DNA from: an uncultured virus (IMG/VR IMGVR_UViG_3300009873_000002)
Taxonomy: Duplodnaviria; Heunggongvirae; Uroviricota; Caudoviricetes
IMG/VR virus record: IMGVR_UViG_3300009873_000002
Span: 108,846-128,845 of that record
DNA: 20,000 nucleotides
Strand: one strand, 5' to 3'
A program made the position numbers and the translations under genes. Positions 17,251-20,000 of this stretch are shown here, piece by piece (position 1 is the first letter of the stretch; each line of letters opens with the position of its first letter). Below the pieces are notes generated by a model that was not told where the DNA came from, made no database searches, and saw only the letters and a list, made by a program, of their open reading frames with translations.

Positions 17251-17304
17251 TAGTGACCCTTTTCTTTAATTTTCAGTTTGTGGCGGTCAATCCGTATCTG
17301 CTAG

Positions 17305-17377
17305 TCTAAGTGGCAGGACTCGAACCTGCGGCCTGAACATCCCAAATGTCCCGCGCTACCAACTGCGCTACACCTAG
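17305..17377 (-). tRNA. tRNA-Pro(UGG)
   Basis: C1-G72; GGACA-TT-TGG-GA-TGTTC; begins immediately after the terminator U-tract. Confidence 0.95.
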
Positions 17378-17413
17378 AAAATAAAAAGGCCCCCGGTGTT
17401 AGCGGAGGCCTTT
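17378..17413 (-). terminator. Attenuator terminator of tRNA operon A
   Basis: AAAGGCCTCCG-CTAACAC-CGGGGGCC-TTTTTATTTT between the leader ORF and tRNA-Pro. Confidence 0.88.
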
Positions 17414-17438
17414 GGTATCATTGGGTTGGTGTTGTCTA

Positions 17439-17543
17439 TTATCCTTTGATGAATATACCCAAAATAGCGGCCTCCAGAGATAGGCGATCCACGCCTTTCT
17501 CCATCGTATTAATCGGTTGCGCTATATGTTGTAGTTGTCTCAT
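17439..17543 (-). CDS. Leader peptide A (34 aa) MRQLQHIAQPINTMEKGVDRLSLEAAILGIFIKG
   Basis: Starts 8 nt after a TATATTTG -7 box; codons 2 and 6-20 cover the 16 codon boxes of the 16 downstream tRNAs; contains the antiterminator GGAGGCC. Confidence 0.85.
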   Translation of the reverse strand: MRQLQHIAQPINTMEKGVDRLSLEAAILGIFIKG

Positions 17544-17551
17544 CTGCTCTG

Positions 17552-17582
17552 CAAATATACATAGAATCTTTATACGTGCAAC
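17552..17582 (-). promoter_or_regulatory. Bacteroidota sigma-A promoter of tRNA operon A
   Basis: GTTG-N19-TATATTTG. Confidence 0.8.
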
Positions 17583-17620
17583 ATTACATGTAAACTTTTT
17601 TTACTTTTCTATACATGTAG

Positions 17621-17694
17621 TACTCCCGATGGGATTCGAACCCATACTGGACGGATTTTAAGTCCGTTGACTCTGCCGGTTGGCCTACGGGAGT
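17621..17694 (-). tRNA. tRNA-Leu(UAA), short variable loop
   Basis: ACGGA-CT-TAA-AA-TCCGT; 5-nt variable region; A73. Confidence 0.92.
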
Positions 17695-17750
17695 TTGTGT
17701 ATCATTAATCTTCAATTATGAGACACAAAATAATTTGCGTCTCATCTGTG

Positions 17751-17825
17751 TACCCCTACTCGGACTCGAACCGAGAAAACTTCTGATCCTAAGTCAGACG
17801 ACTTTACCAATTTGCCCATAGGGGT
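17751..17825 (-). tRNA. tRNA-Leu(UAG), short variable loop
   Basis: TCTGA-CT-TAG-GA-TCAGA; 6-nt variable region; A73. Confidence 0.92.
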
Positions 17826-17830
17826 ATGAG

Positions 17831-17916
17831 CGGAGAACAGTGGCCCTGATCCACAATCGGTGTTAGCCGATCGAGCAGCTTAGCAGGCTGTCCCTACCCA
17901 GGTAGGTTTGCTCTCC
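17831..17916 (-). tRNA. tRNA-Ser(GCU), 8/4 fold
   Basis: GGAGAGCA/TGTTCTCC 8-bp acceptor, GTGG/CCAC 4-bp T-stem, 5-bp D-stem, long variable arm, G73. Confidence 0.85.
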
Positions 17917-17921
17917 TTGAG

Positions 17922-17993
17922 AGGTACCGGCAGGATTTGAACCCGCGTAATCGAGTTTTGCAAACTGATGACTAACCACTCATCCACGGTACC
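17922..17993 (-). tRNA. tRNA-Cys(GCA)
   Basis: U73; TCAGT-TT-GCA-AA-ACT(C)GA with a bulged C. Confidence 0.88.
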
Positions 17994-18048
17994 TTATTTA
18001 AGTTTCCGGCCGTAAAGTTAAATAGCCGAATTCTTATTTTACTTTCTG

Positions 18049-18119
18049 CACAGAGTGTAGGGATCGAACCCACCCGGCAAGGTTTTGGAGGCCCGCCCGC
18101 TGCCATCGCTGTACTCTGT
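18049..18119 (-). tRNA. tRNA-Trp(CCA), atypical
   Basis: Perfect ACAGAGT/ACTCTGT acceptor and T-arm, CT-CCA-AA loop, G73; weak D-arm and C31xA39. Confidence 0.72.
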
Positions 18120-18125
18120 GTGTTG

Positions 18126-18216
18126 CGGAAAGCGGAGGACCCGACCCCCAGTCCAGTTACCCAGACACCCAGTTTTCAAGACTGGTCGCGGCTCCAATGC
18201 CACTGCTTCACTTTCC
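18126..18216 (-). tRNA. tRNA-Ser(UGA), 8/4 fold
   Basis: GGAAAGTG/CGCTTTCC 8-bp acceptor, GGGG/CCTC T-stem, CCAGT-CT-TGA-AA-ACTGG, long variable arm, G73. Confidence 0.85.
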
Positions 18217-18224
18217 ATTCTATG

Positions 18225-18310
18225 TGGGACCCGGTGGACTCGAACCACTCCCCATTGCTGAGACCGAATTTACAGTCCGGCTGCCGTATCCAAGACGACT
18301 TTCAGTTCCC
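18225..18310 (-). tRNA. tRNA-Tyr(GUA), probable 8/4 fold
   Basis: GGGAACTG/CGGGTCCC acceptor (one mismatch), GTGG-TTCGAGT-CCAC, 5-bp D-stem, GCCGGA-CT-GTA-AA-TTCGGT, variable arm CTCA-GCAA-TGGG, A73. Confidence 0.87.
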
Positions 18311-18317
18311 AAGTTTG

Positions 18318-18389
18318 TGAGACCACGTGGAATCGAACCACGGCTGTCGGCTCTTCAGGCCGATGCTCTACCAACTGAGCTATAGTCCC
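18318..18389 (-). tRNA. tRNA-Phe(GAA)
   Basis: TCGGC-CT-GAA-GA-GCCGA (G37); starts 2 nt after the terminator U-tract. Confidence 0.93.
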
Positions 18390-18391
18390 GG

Positions 18392-18429
18392 AAAACAAAA
18401 ACCCCGGTATCATTGCTGACCCGGGGCTT
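18392..18429 (-). terminator. Attenuator terminator of tRNA operon B
   Basis: AAGCCCCGGGTCA-GCAA-TGATACCGGGGTTTTTGTTTT (GNRA-capped hairpin plus U-tract). Confidence 0.88.
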
Positions 18430-18462
18430 CTGTGTATGCAAGAGGTAACTTCTTGTACTCAG

Positions 18463-18534
18463 CTATGCGCGTTCCTGGGCAGCTCCTGGATGGAGTAACC
18501 AAAACGAACAATAACTGAGTAATAATGCTTTCAT
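18463..18534 (-). CDS. Leader peptide B (23 aa) MKALLLSYCSFWLLHPGAAQERA
   Basis: ATG 4 nt after the TATCTTTG -7 box (near-leaderless); codons 5-12 match the 8 downstream tRNAs one-for-one. Confidence 0.88.
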   Translation of the reverse strand: MKALLLSYCSFWLLHPGAAQERA

Positions 18535-18538
18535 GTGA

Positions 18539-18570
18539 CAAAGATAATGCATGCAATCGGATCCACCAAA
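18539..18570 (-). promoter_or_regulatory. Bacteroidota sigma-A promoter of tRNA operon B
   Basis: Consensus TTTG-N20-TATCTTTG. Confidence 0.85.
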
Positions 18571-18623
18571 GGTTTTCTCAACTTTTTTCATGGTGGTGTC
18601 AGCAATAACCAGTATATTATAAT

Positions 18624-18932
18624 ATGAAGATTCAAGAAATAGCAAACGATCCCGGGACCTATATCTTCCACTGTCCGGGCTGTGGTATGTTACACCAGGT
18701 GCCGACCAAGAGAGCCGGTGGTCCAAACTGGTCGTTCAATGGGAGTATGCAACGGCCGACCTTTAGTCCAAGCTTGTTGATCCGGTTCCCGCATTTCGAT
18801 GGAAGTAAGGATGTCAATTTAGTTTGTCACAGTTTCGTAAAAGATGGGAACATTCAATATTTGAGTGACTCCAGTCATGAACTGGCCGGACATACTGTAG
18901 AGATTCCGGAAGTAGAGACTTTCCTGAACTAA
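18624..18932 (+). CDS. DUF6527-like small metal-binding protein
   Basis: FHCPGCG..H, WSFNGS..RPTFSPSLL and CHSFVKDGNIQYLSDS.H.LAG.TV motifs. Confidence 0.75.
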   Translation: MKIQEIANDPGTYIFHCPGCGMLHQVPTKRAGGPNWSFNGSMQRPTFSPSLLIRFPHFDGSKDVNLVCHSFVKDGNIQYLSDSSHELAGHTVEIPEVETFLN

Positions 18933-19135
18933 CGCTTCTCAAGACTTTCAAGCTTGGCGTCAACGCGGCCTCTCTGGTAAGCATCATCTACCAAGTGTTT
19001 CTGATAATCCTCTGTGAGGCGGATACCATGGTCGCGCAATTCCTTGTACATATTCAACGCCTCTTTATATCGAGCGTCACTTCGCTCATCCCGGATCTGA
19101 TTCTCCCGCTCAACATTGTGCTCGATCTCCTCCAT
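18929..19135 (-). CDS. Hypothetical protein
   Basis: 68-aa charged helical ORF converging on 18624..18932 with a 4-nt overlap. Confidence 0.55.
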   Translation of the reverse strand: MEEIEHNVERENQIRDERSDARYKEALNMYKELRDHGIRLTEDYQKHLVDDAYQRGRVDAKLESLEKR

Positions 19136-19457
19136 GCGAGACTCGGCATCTACTCACCCTTATCATATCTACATAGATACGAATAACCTTCCGCTGATTC
19201 TTTACTCGCTGCGGCTTGCGAGATTTTGACTTAGACTTTGGCATGTGTGTTGGTTTGGTACAAAGGTAGCGAAAATTGTGGAATATAGGATGTGGAAGGG
19301 GTATCTAGTAAACAACCCCCGGCCCCTCGCTCGCTTGGGCTCCTACCCCGCCATCGCTCCAGGCCCTCGCTCCGCACGCCAACGCACATGCACGTTTTTT
19401 TCTCCAGCAGAAGAAGTGTTCGCTTGCAACCCAGAACAGGGTACAAATCCATCTACC

Positions 19458-19541
19458 ATGAAAACCATCATCCGAAGTGAGATTACCTGGCTGGCAGCTT
19501 GGTTCTCTGCTATGTTATTCATTGCATACGTTGTGTGCTAG
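19458..19541 (+). CDS. Small membrane peptide MKTIIRSEITWLAAWFSAMLFIAYVVC
   Basis: 27 aa, one TM helix, preceded by the GCAACCCA motif. Confidence 0.5.
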   Translation: MKTIIRSEITWLAAWFSAMLFIAYVVC

Positions 19542-19605
19542 TATAAGGCCCTGTAATGGGGTCTTCTCTTTTGCTTCGCAACCCATTACGGGCACAAAAT
19601 CACAC

Positions 19606-19800
19606 ATGGAAACAATAACCAAAGACACCATAGGACGAAGGATAGTAAGCCATGGTCAAGAAGTAAAGGTCATCGATGTCTGGGAAGAAGCAGGTGATCG
19701 CATTTACTTGGAGCTTGAACACCCGATTGTAGTACCAGGTCCTGAGTACACTCGTGATGTAATCAAAGCTGATGAAGTACAGAAGGTTGTGCCCGAATAG
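19606..19800 (+). CDS. Hypothetical small beta-barrel-like protein
   Basis: 64 aa from METITKDT; preceded by the GCAACCCA motif. Confidence 0.65.
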   Translation: METITKDTIGRRIVSHGQEVKVIDVWEEAGDRIYLELEHPIVVPGPEYTRDVIKADEVQKVVPE

Positions 19801-19852
19801 GGTACAATCTTTTTGCTCGAGGCAACCCAATACGCGGGGGAAATACACAATC

Positions 19853-20000
19853 ATGATAGCATCATTAATCAAAGACGGTATCCTGCACATGGTGCAGATC
19901 CGTAAAGACTCTAACAAGAGTAAGTCTGTTGCCCGCGTGCACACAGTAACCGGTGAACCAATTCAGCTACTTAAGGAAGTAGGTGAGAACAAGTTCATCG
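19853..20000 (+). CDS. Hypothetical protein (partial, runs off window)
   Basis: Open frame MIASLIKDGILHMVQIRKDSNKSK... to the window end; preceded by the GCAACCCA motif. Confidence 0.6.
   Translation, partial: MIASLIKDGILHMVQIRKDSNKSKSVARVHTVTGEPIQLLKEVGENKFI

Larger units (their letters stand above)
19426..19855 (+). repeat. Dispersed motif GCAACCCA-N4-6-GGG-..AAAT..ATG, three copies
   Basis: Copies at 19426, 19578 and 19822, each 28-32 nt before an ATG. Confidence 0.7.

Noticed and set aside
17716..17745. 9-codon ORF MRRKLFCVS and hairpin between the two Leu tRNAs
   Set aside because: The ORF coincides with a 12-bp hairpin that would bury its start; no promoter or U-tract. Probably a processing or spacer hairpin.
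15235..18385. ORF-track entries overlapping tRNAs (15235-15471, 16182-16526, 16691-16885, 16802-16990, 16987-17247, 17446-17661, 18039-18385)
   Set aside because: They are shadows of tRNA genes, the HNH gene or leader A and have no protein-like features.
15260..18389. CRISPR array or tandem repeats
   Set aside because: The recurring GGTTCGA/TAGCTCA strings are tRNA T- and D-arm consensus sequences, not identical spaced repeats.
18535..18726. 87-aa extension of leader B (ORF track 18463..18726)
   Set aside because: It runs through the promoter and overlaps the plus-strand gene; the ATG at 18534 just after the -7 box is the sensible start.
19110..19268. 44-aa basic ORF (19244-19110, minus) behind a TACCTTTG box, possibly frameshifted into 18929..19135
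   Set aside because: Plausible but unsupported: no -33 element, no slippery site and no recognisable homology.

Overview
Segment of a Bacteroidota-infecting dsDNA phage, most likely crAss-like (Crassvirales-related), using the standard genetic code. On the minus strand lie a tail/structural and membrane block (15197-10061), an endolysin, small DNA-binding proteins, a PD-(D/E)XK nuclease, an adjacent Acb2/Tad1-like plus Tad2 anti-defence gene pair, the large terminase and the portal. Positions 15260-18389 hold 24 tRNA genes, one per codon box and covering all 20 amino acids, split into two operons of 16 and 8. They are interspersed with an HNH gene and several tRNA-like or structured RNAs. The main finding is that each operon starts with a Bacteroidota sigma-A promoter, a short leader ORF and an intrinsic terminator abutting the first tRNA, with mutually exclusive antiterminator pairings. 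The leader codons match the downstream tRNAs one-for-one. In operon B, 8 consecutive codons (TTA CTC AGT TAT TGT TCG TTT TGG) match its 8 tRNAs. In operon A, 15 consecutive codons plus AGA match its 16 tRNAs. This suggests ribosome-mediated attenuators that scan the genetic code and induce replacement tRNAs when a host tRNA fails. Three tRNAs (Ser x2, Tyr) fold as non-canonical 8/4 cloverleaves. The right end switches strand into small, probably early genes sharing a repeated upstream motif. All protein calls are from motif recognition and all RNA folds are by eye; no searches were run.
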